Origin: an uncultured Gammaproteobacteria bacterium
GTDB taxonomy: Bacteria; Patescibacteriota; Patescibacteriia; Magasanikbacterales; GWA2-37-8
Direction of reading: 5' to 3'
DNA length: 64,000 nucleotides
NCBI GenBank assembly: GCA_964596525.1
Contig: CAZQUL010000001.1
Span: forward strand, 678,509 to 742,508
Notes under the pieces: model-generated
What the model saw: the letters and a program-made list of their open reading frames with translations, nothing else
Databases searched by the model: none
What the model was told of the DNA's origin: nothing
Shown here: positions 1 through 9,987 of the stretch, piece by piece
How positions within the stretch are numbered: the stretch's first letter is position 1
Layout: the number at the start of each line of letters is the position of its first letter
Program-made: the position numbers and the translations under genes

Positions 1-3000
1 CGCGACGAAAACTGCCGCAGCACCACCCCGGTTCTTACCACGACCGACGTTTATTTGGAAAAAGAAAGCAATTACACGGTTCTTAAGATCGCCAACTCGC
101 GCGCTGGATCCATTCCGCTTGAACAGGGGACGCTCTACCAGGTAATCGTTTCGGCGTCGAGCACTAATCCGTTTGCTAGCACGAACCAGATCTGGTCGGC
201 GGCGCGTCTCAATGACCCAACCACCTTCAGTCGTCCATACAACGGCGCTTTTACCTGGCGCTTTAAGACCAAGCGCGACAGCTGTCGTATTGATCGGGTA
301 GAAATCAGCCCGAGCGAGTATGTGGGCCAGAACATCAAAGACCGTTCGTCGTTTGAGGCGGCAGCCTTTACGTCGCCGGATAGCTGCAGTGCCCAGGGCC
401 AAAAACTCAATCCGTGGCTCGTTGGCTGGAATTGGACTTCGAGCGATGAAAAAGTAGCTACTCTTTCCACCTTCAATACGAAAGGAAAAAATCCCTCCTG
501 CAGCGCGGAATGTGTCCGTCGTGGCAGTGCAGTTCCAGCAGGCACTTCGGCTACGGTTCCTTTGTGTGGCAATGGCATTATCGAAGCTGGTGAAGATTGC
601 GATCGACCGGATAAAGCCAAAGGTTGCAGTTTGGATTGCCGTTTTATGGGTTCTACAGGAGCGACGTGCGGAAATGGTACGGTTGAGAAGGACCGTGGTG
701 AAGCCTGCGACCCCAAAGACCCTGCCACCCAAATTGGTTGTAGCTCGGACTGCCGCAACCTAGGTGCTGAACAAAACGTTTCTTCTCGGGAGGTAACCGC
801 TTCAATTTGCGGTACCGGTGTTATGGGTAGCGGTAAAGATTGCGATGTGCAAATCCCGGGACAGGTGAGTGATCCGCGTTCGGCACTGTTCTGCTCGGAA
901 AAATGCCTCCATCAGGGTACGCCGCTTTCGAGCGCGTGGTGCAGTGATAATCGCCTTACCAAAGGAGGTTTCACTACGATTGAATACGATGCGGCGTGCT
1001 CTAAGGCCCTTAGCCAGTGCGGTAACGGTTTTTTGGAACCAGAAGAAGATCCGGGTTGCGATGGTACGAACGGTTGGAATAAGGCTGAATGCAATGAATT
1101 CTGCAAAAAAATGACTGCAGCCGAGTGTATCGCTTCGTCCGAAGGTTGCGATCCGCAAGGACGTCTCCTTGGTTCGAGCTTGTCGTATTCTATTCCTTCG
1201 GTCTGTGGTGATGGAAAAGTAGGTATCGGTGAAGTGCCGATGTGTGAAAACAATTTGGTTTCATCAAATCGTGACGGGCTTATCGATCCGTGGTCGTTGG
1301 CCATTGGCCAAGGTCTTGGTATGCCAAGCGGTGATCCGCCGACCCAGAAAACGATCGTTACTGGTGGAACCTCGCAGCAGACGACTGGCGGAATCAAGTC
1401 TGGCCAGGCCACCTTCGCGTTAATGTGCGGCTACAGTACGGACAACGAATGCCAAGCAGTCTTTGGTAATGATTACGGCGTAGGAGCTAACACCTGCTGC
1501 ACCAAACGTTCGTCCCTGATTTCTACCTATCCAGCCAACGGTACTACTAATGCATGTCCTAATACATACCTTGAGGCGCTTTTCGATAGTCAGATTGATC
1601 AAGTTACCCTCAAAGAAGGTATCGTGATTGCTCGTGGTGCCGATGATTGCGGTTCAGCCGAAGAGGTGACCGGAGTTGTTGCGGCGTTAACTGCGCCGCG
1701 CGCCAGCGAACGGTGGTACGCCCGTGCGTGGAATGAAGTCCGTTCGTGGTTTGGTACGAGTGTTACTGCTGCGCCGACTAAGTGGTGCGTGGCACCCGAT
1801 ACCGCCACTGCCGAAGTCGTTCCTGCGCCAGAAGTGTCGCCGCAGGCTTCGCGTATCCGTGTCAAACTTACTAAACCGCTGGCACTGGATACTGATTATG
1901 CCATCGTTCTCAAAGATAGTATCCGCACGACCGCGGGTGTGAGCGTCGGCCGCACTGCCGGTAAGTTCCTTTCCTGGAAATTCAGCACGGTGACCCAGAT
2001 TTGCGAGGTAAATAGCGTTGCTGTAGAGCCAAAAGAATGGTCGTTTACCCGTGCCAATGCCACAACGACGCTTGCCGCTAAAGCGAAAACCAACAACGGC
2101 ACGTTCATCCAGGGCGTCCCAGGAGTTTATGACTGGAGTTACGTGTGGGGTCCGTTTAATGACGCTTCGGTAGCTGTACAAAATACGAGCTCTTCGGCCA
2201 ACATCATCACCGCGCAAAACAGGAATGGTGAAACCATGGTTCGCGCCTCAGCAGTTATTACAGCCAACCAACTTACAACTGCGACCGGCACGGCAGCTAC
2301 CGGCCAATCCCGCGTGATCGTGCTTTTGTGTGAAAATCCGTGGCCGCCGAAAGATCTGCGCCTTAACGGCCAGGGACCGTTTAGTATCTTCCCGTTCGAC
2401 GACGCGGTTGGCAATAACGACGGTTTTGACCTTACGTCCAACACCTTCAACAACACCCCGTTGCCAGCATCGCCAGTAACACGCGAAGGATACTTTAATT
2501 TCAGCACTTACTACTGTGCGGATAAAGGCGTGCCAGGCACGGCCGATGACCTGCCATACTTACGCGGCACGGTTCAAATTTCGCCGACTATTGTTTCGGC
2601 TACGACCTCGCTCAAGCGCTTCTTGTTCTCTAATACTAAGAATTCCGATGTTGTTGGTATCCAAGTCTTCCCCAACCCGGGACATTTGAGTGCTGCCGAA
2701 TGGTACTCACTCGATCGTGCTCAGGGTGGTCAGGGCTTCACCGGCCAGCTCCAGAAACTCACGGTAGATGGCTACGAGGCGGTCTCGGACGGTAATAATG
2801 TCTATATCGACGGCCTCAACTACGCCGGCTCAACGAATGCGCTCTTCAGCAATATTTATCTGGTGAGTATTAATGCGAATGCGCAGGCCGATACGCGCGC
2901 CGTGTTCGATCAGATACTCAAAAACTTCAAGATCGCTACCAATCTCACTAATTATGGTTACTGCGGTGTGAACGCTGATAAACCGTCCTTTACGACGCAG

Positions 3001-6000
3001 TGTCGTGTTGATCTTGAGTGCCCCTCAGGCCAGGTCTGTTCGGCGGTCGAAGACAAATTACGCCGCAACTACCAGCGTTTGCGCGGCGCCCGTACCTTGC
3101 AGAACGCACTTAGTGCTTACAGCGCCGCCACGAATGGCACCTATCCGGAATTAGCCGAAGGTTCATACCTTAAAGGCCAAACGCTCAGCACCTGGCCGTC
3201 GTGGTCCAACTTGGCTACGGCGCTCCGTACCGATTTGCCGGGCGACCCGATTAATGCTTTAGCTCCAGCTGGAACGTGTGAGCGCACCACAAACCGCTTC
3301 TGTACCCAGAACGCCGAATGTCCGACCGGAGAAGCGTGCGTTATCCATGATCAGCAAACTGCATGGAGTGTTCAGGATCGTCGCTTCAGCTTTGCGTGTC
3401 CCACGTCTTCGCTCGCGTATCGCTACATTTCTATTTCGCCAACCAAGTATCTCGTTAAAGGACGGCTCGAGGATGCTGGTATTTCTCTCAGTAATCTTGA
3501 TACGCTTATTCGCGACTTCGTTGATCCGTCGTCCTTCATCTTTACAGATAAGAACGGTATCTGTAATCAAGATCAAGAAATTTCTACGCTCAACCAGGGC
3601 CGCTGCGGTGATGGTGTTATTAACTACAGCCGCGGTGAAGAATGTGACCCGGTAGGTTCGCAGCGCTTTGGTGCATGTTCGGCTGAGCAGGCTGGCCGTA
3701 TTCGGGTCGATGTATGTTCCTCGAGTTGTACGTTTGTGCCTTCTTCCACGCCGTTTATTGCCTGCTCGGCGTTGAGCTCTTGTGGTAACGGCAAAGTGGA
3801 AGCTGGTGAAACCTGCGACGACGGTGTCTTGAACGGTACTTATAACCATTGCTCGAAATCGTGTACGTATCCGCCGGCCGATCCGCCGGGGTACTGCGGT
3901 GATGGAAAAGTTCAGGGGGCCAATGAAACCTGCGATATCCGCGCCGGTTTGGGTGGTCAGCCAGGTTGGTGTCTGGGCGGTGTGAACAATGGTGCCCCAT
4001 GTACGACAAGCGCGACCTGTAACATCAAAGATGCAATGGATAATGGCGTCGCGATTTCGCTCAGCTCACAGTCTGGCGTGTGTCGTTTGGTTGAGACCAA
4101 TGCCGGACGATATGCTCCGGCGCAAGCTAATTCCTGCAGTTTCGATTGTAAAGCCCGTGGTGCGTACTGTGGTGACGGTATTGTGCAAACCCAATTTGGT
4201 GAAGAATGCGACGGTGCAGCTGCCTGCACGGTATCTGGCTTACCAGGCAGCAAACAATGTTCGAGTTCATGCCGCTTGGTGGATGCAACCGCAGCCGGCT
4301 GGTGGCGCTTCAGTGACTTTACCCGCTACTCCCGTTCGGCGACGATGGCTGATCCCTATCTTACCGTTGCCGACAGCGCCAAGGGTATCGTCGAAGATTT
4401 GGTCTGTGTTGATACAGAATGCCCCTCCTTCAGTATGGATGGTAAATTCGGAGGCGCCTTTAGTTTTAATGGTTCGCACTTCTTGAGAGGAAATGACGTG
4501 ATGACTCGCTCCGCCGCACTCAACGCCACATCGTCTTTGACGGTGGAAGCCTGGGTGTACCCCACCAATCGCGCGCCCTGGATGCGTATTCTTGAGAAAG
4601 GCGGTTACCAGCGTGACGGCGGCTATACCTTCCAGTTCGATGAAAAAGGGGAAAAAGCTTCGTTAGCTATTTGGAATGCGGGGGCATCCATGGCAACCAG
4701 CGTTACGGGACGCACCATCATTCCGCTTAACCGTTGGACGCATGTCATGGCTACGTATTTACGCACCGATGCGACGCATTCTTTGCAGCTCTTCGTTAAC
4801 GGTGAGCTCGACAATGCGGTCACGATCGATAGCGCTGGCATGCTCCTTGCTCCGTCTGACGATCAGATCATCATCGGTCGGGCCACCTCTGGTGGAAGCG
4901 GTTTTATTGGTCGTTTAGATGAACTGAAAGTGCATCTGCGCGCTCTTAACCCGATAGAAATCCAAGATCGTGCCGCGAACGAATCGGTCTGTTCGCTCAC
5001 TTCGGTGCCTAAAGTGGCGGCGGTTGCCCCAGGCGCTTCCTGCGGTGATGGCAAAGTCACCGAAGGCGAGGCGTGTGACCGTGGCGCTCAAAACGGCGTA
5101 CCGTGCGTCCCGGCGTATGGCAAATCCTGTTCCTACTGCCATAGCAGCTGCCGGGTAGTTATCGATGTTCAGTCAGCGGAATTTTGTGGTAATGCCAAAG
5201 TCGAAGCGCCAGAAGCGTGTGAAACCGACGCTGCCACTCAGCTTATCTATTCTGCGCTGCCCAACAGTACTACCAAACAAGAAAAAGACCCTCGTTATAA
5301 TGGTTACGAGGTTCTCTCGTGCGCGGACGAAGCGACAGCTCCCGATATCGTTAAGAAAGGTACTAAATCGTGTGTAAGTTCTTGCTCGGCTGTCCAATCT
5401 AACTGCGCAATTTGCGGTACCGATCTCGAACGCGGGGTAAATATTGCGGGTAGCGTCATTAACATTCTCGATCCCAAGAATCCTAATCCGCTCTATGATC
5501 AGGGGAGGATGGACTTGACGATGTCGGCTAATTCCACGGATAAGCGTGTGGGAGTTGCGGCGTGGTCGGCAGCGAGCGCTATCGAGTATAAACTCCGTCC
5601 GGCTTCGGATCCGTACTCAACCACCGATTTGGCCAAGTTGAGCACTGACAGCCGTTGTTCTTTCGGTGAAGGTCCGCTCTATACCATGTACTTCAACGGC
5701 GATAATACTCACCCGTTCAATTTCCCGGTTTTGGCTAAACCTGAAACATGGCAGAATGATTTCGTGCTTTCGCCAATTATCAACCGTAACGAGCGCCCGA
5801 ACGACATCCGTGTAGTCGTGCGCTGGGTGGGAACCGCGGTTGACTTTGTAAGTGGCTGGCAGGTGTTCCGCGCCGATCCGGATAATCCGTATCAGCTGAC
5901 AACGGTTGAAAGTACGGCGTACAGTTCCAATAATATCCGGAAAGGACCGAACTATTACGATTATCCTCCCGATATTTTGAACGGGTTGTGGTACCACGGC

Positions 6001-6345
6001 TTCACGACGACGAAAGGTAATACGAATGCCATGTCGTTCACCATCAATTCCAACGCCTTGTATAATGATAAGTATATTTTCTTCGTCCGCTTGCCGAACG
6101 ATGTGCAGGGAATTTCTCGTTTCCGCAGCAATACCCAGCTAAAGGTTGAAGTATATGTTCCAGAAGACGGTCCGGCTAATGCTTTTGCTGTACCGGCTGC
6201 GACCTTCTATTTAAACCAGGCAGCCTCCTCGGAGAATCCGAATGCTTCCTACTGGCAGGTGTTTGCCCTCAAACGTGATCCGTCAGCCCAGCCTAAAGAC
6301 CGGATTCTGCGCATCGACAAAATAACTACCGATGTGCGCCTCTAA
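1..6345 (+). CDS. Giant secreted/surface protein, 5'-truncated at the window edge. Carries about 11 myxo-type cysteine-rich repeats (CGxGxxExGExCD) and a LamG/ConA-like lectin domain.
   Basis: The frame is open from nt 1, with no stop upstream of the TTG at 55, and the stop is TAA at 6343-6345. Repeats such as CGNGIIEAGEDCD, CGDGKVEAGETCDDG and CGDGIVQTQFGEECDG match the Myxococcus-type Cys-rich repeat (TIGR02232-like). A LamG_3-like stretch, FNGSHFLRGND...EAWVYPT...WTHVMATY...FVNGELD...IGRLDELKV, lies at about nt 4370-4980. Confidence 0.75.
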   Translation, partial: RDENCRSTTPVLTTTDVYLEKESNYTVLKIANSRAGSIPLEQGTLYQVIVSASSTNPFASTNQIWSAARLNDPTTFSRPYNGAFTWRFKTKRDSCRIDRVEISPSEYVGQNIKDRSSFEAAAFTSPDSCSAQGQKLNPWLVGWNWTSSDEKVATLSTFNTKGKNPSCSAECVRRGSAVPAGTSATVPLCGNGIIEAGEDCDRPDKAKGCSLDCRFMGSTGATCGNGTVEKDRGEACDPKDPATQIGCSSDCRNLGAEQNVSSREVTASICGTGVMGSGKDCDVQIPGQVSDPRSALFCSEKCLHQGTPLSSAWCSDNRLTKGGFTTIEYDAACSKALSQCGNGFLEPEEDPGCDGTNGWNKAECNEFCKKMTAAECIASSEGCDPQGRLLGSSLSYSIPSVCGDGKVGIGEVPMCENNLVSSNRDGLIDPWSLAIGQGLGMPSGDPPTQKTIVTGGTSQQTTGGIKSGQATFALMCGYSTDNECQAVFGNDYGVGANTCCTKRSSLISTYPANGTTNACPNTYLEALFDSQIDQVTLKEGIVIARGADDCGSAEEVTGVVAALTAPRASERWYARAWNEVRSWFGTSVTAAPTKWCVAPDTATAEVVPAPEVSPQASRIRVKLTKPLALDTDYAIVLKDSIRTTAGVSVGRTAGKFLSWKFSTVTQICEVNSVAVEPKEWSFTRANATTTLAAKAKTNNGTFIQGVPGVYDWSYVWGPFNDASVAVQNTSSSANIITAQNRNGETMVRASAVITANQLTTATGTAATGQSRVIVLLCENPWPPKDLRLNGQGPFSIFPFDDAVGNNDGFDLTSNTFNNTPLPASPVTREGYFNFSTYYCADKGVPGTADDLPYLRGTVQISPTIVSATTSLKRFLFSNTKNSDVVGIQVFPNPGHLSAAEWYSLDRAQGGQGFTGQLQKLTVDGYEAVSDGNNVYIDGLNYAGSTNALFSNIYLVSINANAQADTRAVFDQILKNFKIATNLTNYGYCGVNADKPSFTTQCRVDLECPSGQVCSAVEDKLRRNYQRLRGARTLQNALSAYSAATNGTYPELAEGSYLKGQTLSTWPSWSNLATALRTDLPGDPINALAPAGTCERTTNRFCTQNAECPTGEACVIHDQQTAWSVQDRRFSFACPTSSLAYRYISISPTKYLVKGRLEDAGISLSNLDTLIRDFVDPSSFIFTDKNGICNQDQEISTLNQGRCGDGVINYSRGEECDPVGSQRFGACSAEQAGRIRVDVCSSSCTFVPSSTPFIACSALSSCGNGKVEAGETCDDGVLNGTYNHCSKSCTYPPADPPGYCGDGKVQGANETCDIRAGLGGQPGWCLGGVNNGAPCTTSATCNIKDAMDNGVAISLSSQSGVCRLVETNAGRYAPAQANSCSFDCKARGAYCGDGIVQTQFGEECDGAAACTVSGLPGSKQCSSSCRLVDATAAGWWRFSDFTRYSRSATMADPYLTVADSAKGIVEDLVCVDTECPSFSMDGKFGGAFSFNGSHFLRGNDVMTRSAALNATSSLTVEAWVYPTNRAPWMRILEKGGYQRDGGYTFQFDEKGEKASLAIWNAGASMATSVTGRTIIPLNRWTHVMATYLRTDATHSLQLFVNGELDNAVTIDSAGMLLAPSDDQIIIGRATSGGSGFIGRLDELKVHLRALNPIEIQDRAANESVCSLTSVPKVAAVAPGASCGDGKVTEGEACDRGAQNGVPCVPAYGKSCSYCHSSCRVVIDVQSAEFCGNAKVEAPEACETDAATQLIYSALPNSTTKQEKDPRYNGYEVLSCADEATAPDIVKKGTKSCVSSCSAVQSNCAICGTDLERGVNIAGSVINILDPKNPNPLYDQGRMDLTMSANSTDKRVGVAAWSAASAIEYKLRPASDPYSTTDLAKLSTDSRCSFGEGPLYTMYFNGDNTHPFNFPVLAKPETWQNDFVLSPIINRNERPNDIRVVVRWVGTAVDFVSGWQVFRADPDNPYQLTTVESTAYSSNNIRKGPNYYDYPPDILNGLWYHGFTTTKGNTNAMSFTINSNALYNDKYIFFVRLPNDVQGISRFRSNTQLKVEVYVPEDGPANAFAVPAATFYLNQAASSENPNASYWQVFALKRDPSAQPKDRILRIDKITTDVRL

Positions 6346-6355
6346 TCGCTCTCCT

Positions 6356-6775
6356 ATGAATTCACGCCTTGTCATCATCTTCATTATCATTCTGGCCGTC
6401 ATTGTCGGCGGGGTCTTCTATGCCGCCTCATACTTTGGCAAGGGAGGTGAAGAAACCGCTCAAACGTCGACGGAAACGCAGGTGCCTACTTCTGCGCCCG
6501 TACCGGTGGCTCCTTCCACTACGACCTCGACTAATTTTGAAGCGGAACGCGAGCGTCGTTATGCGATTGATAAAGATCTGGATGGCTTGACCGATAGCGA
6601 AGAGCAAACGTACGGTACCAATCCGGGTAAGCTTGATACTGACAGCGATGGTATTAATGATAGCGTTGAAGTGCGAATCCATAAAACCGACCCAAAAAAA
6701 GCGGATACCGATGGTGATGGTATGAACGATGGTGCGGAAGTATTGCGCGAAAGGAACCCTCTTAAAAAAGATTAA
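6356..6775 (+). CDS. Small membrane-anchored protein with three bacterial TSP3-type Ca-binding repeats (D-x-D-x-D-G-x-x-D-x-x-E).
   Basis: ATG at 6356 lies just after the upstream stop. An N-terminal TM helix (RLVIIFIIILAVIVGGVFYAA) is followed by a Thr/Pro linker and the repeats DKDLDGLTDSEE, DTDSDGINDSVE and DTDGDGMNDGAE, with YGTNP spacers. Confidence 0.6.
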   Translation: MNSRLVIIFIIILAVIVGGVFYAASYFGKGGEETAQTSTETQVPTSAPVPVAPSTTTSTNFEAERERRYAIDKDLDGLTDSEEQTYGTNPGKLDTDSDGINDSVEVRIHKTDPKKADTDGDGMNDGAEVLRERNPLKKD

Positions 6776-6822
6776 AAGAGCGTGTATTCTATCTATATCA
6801 CCTAAACCTTGATTTTCAGCCT

Positions 6823-7638
6823 ATGTTCGACGACGAAAAAAATCCTTCTTCCGCGCCTTCTAACCTACCGTTCGCTCCGGATTCGCGTTCAGGTACCCCC
6901 GCGCCCAGCGCCCCCGCAGCCCCGTCTACGCCAAACGCTCTTTCGGCCGGCTTGCTTCGCCGTAAAGACGCAGATGCCGAAACTGCCACTCCAGCTGCCT
7001 CTGCCGCTCCGGCCGCCGAAGGTGGCGTTCCCGGCGCTCCGCCGGCACAGCCGACAATGGCGGCCATGGCTTATGCTACCAAAGAGCCGGTGCTCGGAAA
7101 AATCTTGGCTACAGTTTTAACGATTGTTCTTGTCGGCGGTTTGGGTTTTGGCGGCTGGTATGGTTATACCAAAATCCTCAAACCCCTTCTTAACAAAACC
7201 CCTGGTACCGCGCCGACTACAACGGTTGTCTCTACCGATACCGCAGTGCCCACCCCGCAGAGTACGAGTTCAGCGGTTACGCCACTTCCTACGACGTCGA
7301 TCCGTAACGATATCAATAACGAAACCATCCTTTTTGGTGAGCAGACGGACACTGATGCGGATAATTTGAGCGATCGCCGCGAGCGTGAGATCGGTACTGA
7401 TGAATACGTGGCTGATACTGATCAGGACGAGCTCGCAGACGGCGATGAAGTGCTCATTTGGGGCACTGATCCGCGCAATCCAGATACCGACGGCGATGGT
7501 CATCGCGACGGTCACGAGATTTTGCATGGATATAGCCCGCTTGGCAGTGGCCGCTTGCTCGCTCCGCCCGCCACTCAGCCCACGACCTCCGCTCCGATGA
7601 GCGCCCCTGAGCCGACCACTCCGGTTCCTTCCCTTTAA
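6823..7638 (+). CDS. Paralogous membrane-anchored TSP3-repeat protein with an Ala/Pro-rich N-terminal region.
   Basis: A TM helix (LATVLTIVLVGGLGFGGWYGY) is followed by a Thr/Pro linker, then DTDADNLSDRRE, DTDQDELADGDE and DTDGDGHRDGHE with a GTDP spacer. The architecture is the same as 6356..6775. Confidence 0.6.
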   Translation: MFDDEKNPSSAPSNLPFAPDSRSGTPAPSAPAAPSTPNALSAGLLRRKDADAETATPAASAAPAAEGGVPGAPPAQPTMAAMAYATKEPVLGKILATVLTIVLVGGLGFGGWYGYTKILKPLLNKTPGTAPTTTVVSTDTAVPTPQSTSSAVTPLPTTSIRNDINNETILFGEQTDTDADNLSDRREREIGTDEYVADTDQDELADGDEVLIWGTDPRNPDTDGDGHRDGHEILHGYSPLGSGRLLAPPATQPTTSAPMSAPEPTTPVPSL

Positions 7639-7649
7639 ATTTTTTCGTT

Positions 7650-8954
7650 ATGATGTTCGGTAGCAAAAAAACTTCACCACCGCCGCCGGAGCAGGGAACA
7701 CCGGCTATTTCCGTCGAGGGAATGCCGCAAGAATTTTATGGTGGCGCCAACCCCGTAGTCTCATTTAAGACTGTGCCTAAAGAAGTAGTGTTTCGTCCTG
7801 AAACTCCCGAAGTCCCAGTAGCTGATAAAAAAGCATTCGAAGAGCAAACTGCAGTGGGAGGAGGGGATCCGTCGCATCCCATACACTGGTTTTCTAACCC
7901 CAAAAAACTCGCCCTGCTTTCGGCTGGTATTTTGGGTATCACCATCATTGGTGTAACGACGTATTATCTGGCCACTGCCCGCCAGAATATGACTGTACCA
8001 CCTCTTTTCACTAATACTACATCGACAGCTACTTCTACGCTTGCCGACTCCACCTCCACCCTTCCTGCCGATACTACGCCAGTTGCAACTCCTTCTGTTA
8101 CAGGAAACGAACAGCGACTCGATACTGCTTCGCTTGTGCTTACCGACGATCGCGATAACGATGCGGACGGCCTTACCGATGTGGAGGAGGAGCTTTACCG
8201 TACTGATCCGGAAGTCAAAGATACCGACCGCGACACGTATCCGGACGGACATGAGCCGTTTTACCTCTATAGCCCTACCGAACGCGAACCGGGTAAACTT
8301 ATTGAAAGTGGTTCGGTGCGGGAATATAGCAATCCGACGTTTGGCTACACGCTCTATTACCCATCTGGTTGGGTTGTTGATACGGTTGATCCGCAGTATC
8401 GTCATGTGCTCTTCAGTACGTTGCGCGGCGAGTACGTCGGTATCCAGGTGTTCGATCGTTCCGGGTCCGAGCCGTTCGAGGCGTGGATGGCTCGCGTAGC
8501 CACGACCGAGCGCTTGAGCGATTACCAGAATTTCATGTCCCGTTTTAATGAGCCGGGCGTTGGACGCCAAGATCGTTTGGTGTACTTTTACGTATCGCCA
8601 ACGCGTATTTATGCTTTAACGCTCCACAACGGTACCGAAGCTGGCCGGCCACTTGCCTACCGCCAGACGTTTACTGTTATGGCCCGCAGTTTCCGTACGA
8701 ACGACGGTGCTGAAGCGGTTAATTTGACCGCTACGCTCCCGGAACCTGAACCGCGCTTGCCGCCACTCGTCATTCCGACATCAACGCCGGAAGTTACCTC
8801 CTCTCCTGAGTTTGCACCTGGGACTTTCGAGGCAGCGGCTTCTTCGACCGCACGCGTTACCACAACCGAAGCGGGTGTTACTTCGACCGTCACGAGCACT
8901 GTTTTATCGACCACAACCGTGACGTCTACCCCAACTACCTCTTCACCACTTTAA
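7650..8954 (+). CDS. Third TSP3-repeat membrane protein, with an extra C-terminal domain of about 200 aa and a Ser/Thr-rich tail.
   Basis: A TM helix (LALLSAGILGITIIGVTTYYL) is followed by a Thr/Ser linker, then DNDADGLTDVEE...RTDPEVKDTDRDTYPDGHE. A C-terminal TTTVTSTPTTSSPL-type tail follows. Confidence 0.6.
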   Translation: MMFGSKKTSPPPPEQGTPAISVEGMPQEFYGGANPVVSFKTVPKEVVFRPETPEVPVADKKAFEEQTAVGGGDPSHPIHWFSNPKKLALLSAGILGITIIGVTTYYLATARQNMTVPPLFTNTTSTATSTLADSTSTLPADTTPVATPSVTGNEQRLDTASLVLTDDRDNDADGLTDVEEELYRTDPEVKDTDRDTYPDGHEPFYLYSPTEREPGKLIESGSVREYSNPTFGYTLYYPSGWVVDTVDPQYRHVLFSTLRGEYVGIQVFDRSGSEPFEAWMARVATTERLSDYQNFMSRFNEPGVGRQDRLVYFYVSPTRIYALTLHNGTEAGRPLAYRQTFTVMARSFRTNDGAEAVNLTATLPEPEPRLPPLVIPTSTPEVTSSPEFAPGTFEAAASSTARVTTTEAGVTSTVTSTVLSTTTVTSTPTTSSPL

Positions 8955-8964
8955 TTTCCGTACC

Positions 8965-9483
8965 ATGCTTGAGGTTTATAACCAGCCACGGGTGCGCCTC
9001 CCGCTTTCGCGAGAGCGCATCGCTGCCATTGTAAGGCTGGTAGAAAAGAATCTGCGCCAGGGGAGGATCGAGGGGGAGGCGGTTTTCACTGCGCCGCGCT
9101 CCATGCAAGCGCTCAACCGTACATACCGCGGTAAAAATTATGCCACGGACGTGCTTTCTTTTGCGCTCGACGAACAGGTTGATTGGCCTGGGGAGAGGGC
9201 AAAAAAAACTTCCTTTACCGTGCAACTTTACCTCTGCCCTGCGGTTATCAAGAAACAAGCACGCCGGTTCAAAGTTCCCGAGCGCGAGGAGTGTGCTCGC
9301 ATGATCATCCATGGTCTACTGCACGCAGCTGGATATGACCATATGGTCCGCGCCGAAGCCGTCACTATGTTTACGTTACAAGAAACGATTCTAGCCCGCT
9401 TCTTGTCGCCGCGTTCGCGCCGACCTCTTTCTGTCCTCACAAAAGAAGAAATGGAGCGCCGCTTCGTAGTTCCTCATCAGTAA
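8965..9483 (+). CDS. ybeY: Endoribonuclease YbeY (rRNA maturation factor).
   Basis: The HGLLHAAGYDH zinc-binding motif is the UPF0054/YbeY signature. The size is 172 aa. It is followed by dgkA, as in the conserved phoH-ybeY-dgkA arrangement. Confidence 0.85.
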   Translation: MLEVYNQPRVRLPLSRERIAAIVRLVEKNLRQGRIEGEAVFTAPRSMQALNRTYRGKNYATDVLSFALDEQVDWPGERAKKTSFTVQLYLCPAVIKKQARRFKVPEREECARMIIHGLLHAAGYDHMVRAEAVTMFTLQETILARFLSPRSRRPLSVLTKEEMERRFVVPHQ

Positions 9484-9487
9484 TACT

Positions 9488-9862
9488 ATGGGTTTATCCC
9501 GACTTAAAAAAAGTTTTTCCTACGCTCTGCGCGGTGTTTCCTATGCATTCGAACATGAACCGAACATGCGTATCCATTGCGCGGTCGGCACCGTGGTTGT
9601 GCTTGGCGCGTTCGTGTTCCCCCTTCTTGCGTGGGAGAGGGTAGTTATCATCATGGTGGTGGGAGCGGTTATCGTTGTTGAGCTTATTAATAGCGCGCTT
9701 GAGTATTGCATCGACGTCCTCAAACCACGACTCCATCCGGCTGTGGAGCGTAGTAAAGACGTGATGGCTGGAGCCGTGCTTTTAACGGTGCTTATCGCGG
9801 TTATCGTGGGTATTGTAATTTTTGGCCCGCATCTTCTGGGTGTGGTACAATTACGGTTATAA
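9488..9862 (+). CDS. dgkA: Diacylglycerol/undecaprenol kinase family protein (DgkA-like).
   Basis: 124 aa with three TM segments. The ELINSALEYCIDVL motif is typical of prokaryotic DAGK, and it sits immediately downstream of ybeY. Confidence 0.7.
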   Translation: MGLSRLKKSFSYALRGVSYAFEHEPNMRIHCAVGTVVVLGAFVFPLLAWERVVIIMVVGAVIVVELINSALEYCIDVLKPRLHPAVERSKDVMAGAVLLTVLIAVIVGIVIFGPHLLGVVQLRL

Positions 9863-9987
9863 CGTTCGGGAGCGGTAGCTCTTTAGCTAGTTAGCTTATG
9901 GGATTTTTTCTTTAAAATAGCTAACCAGCCGACGAGCTATACGAGGAGGATGATTATTTATGTTTAAGTCTGGGTAATAAGAAAGAT

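Noticed and set aside
6332-6355. An upstream ATG at 6332 for the first TSP3-repeat gene, overlapping the end of the giant protein gene.
   Set aside because: The ATG at 6356 lies just after the upstream stop and gives a normal N-terminus ahead of the TM helix, so 6356 was used.
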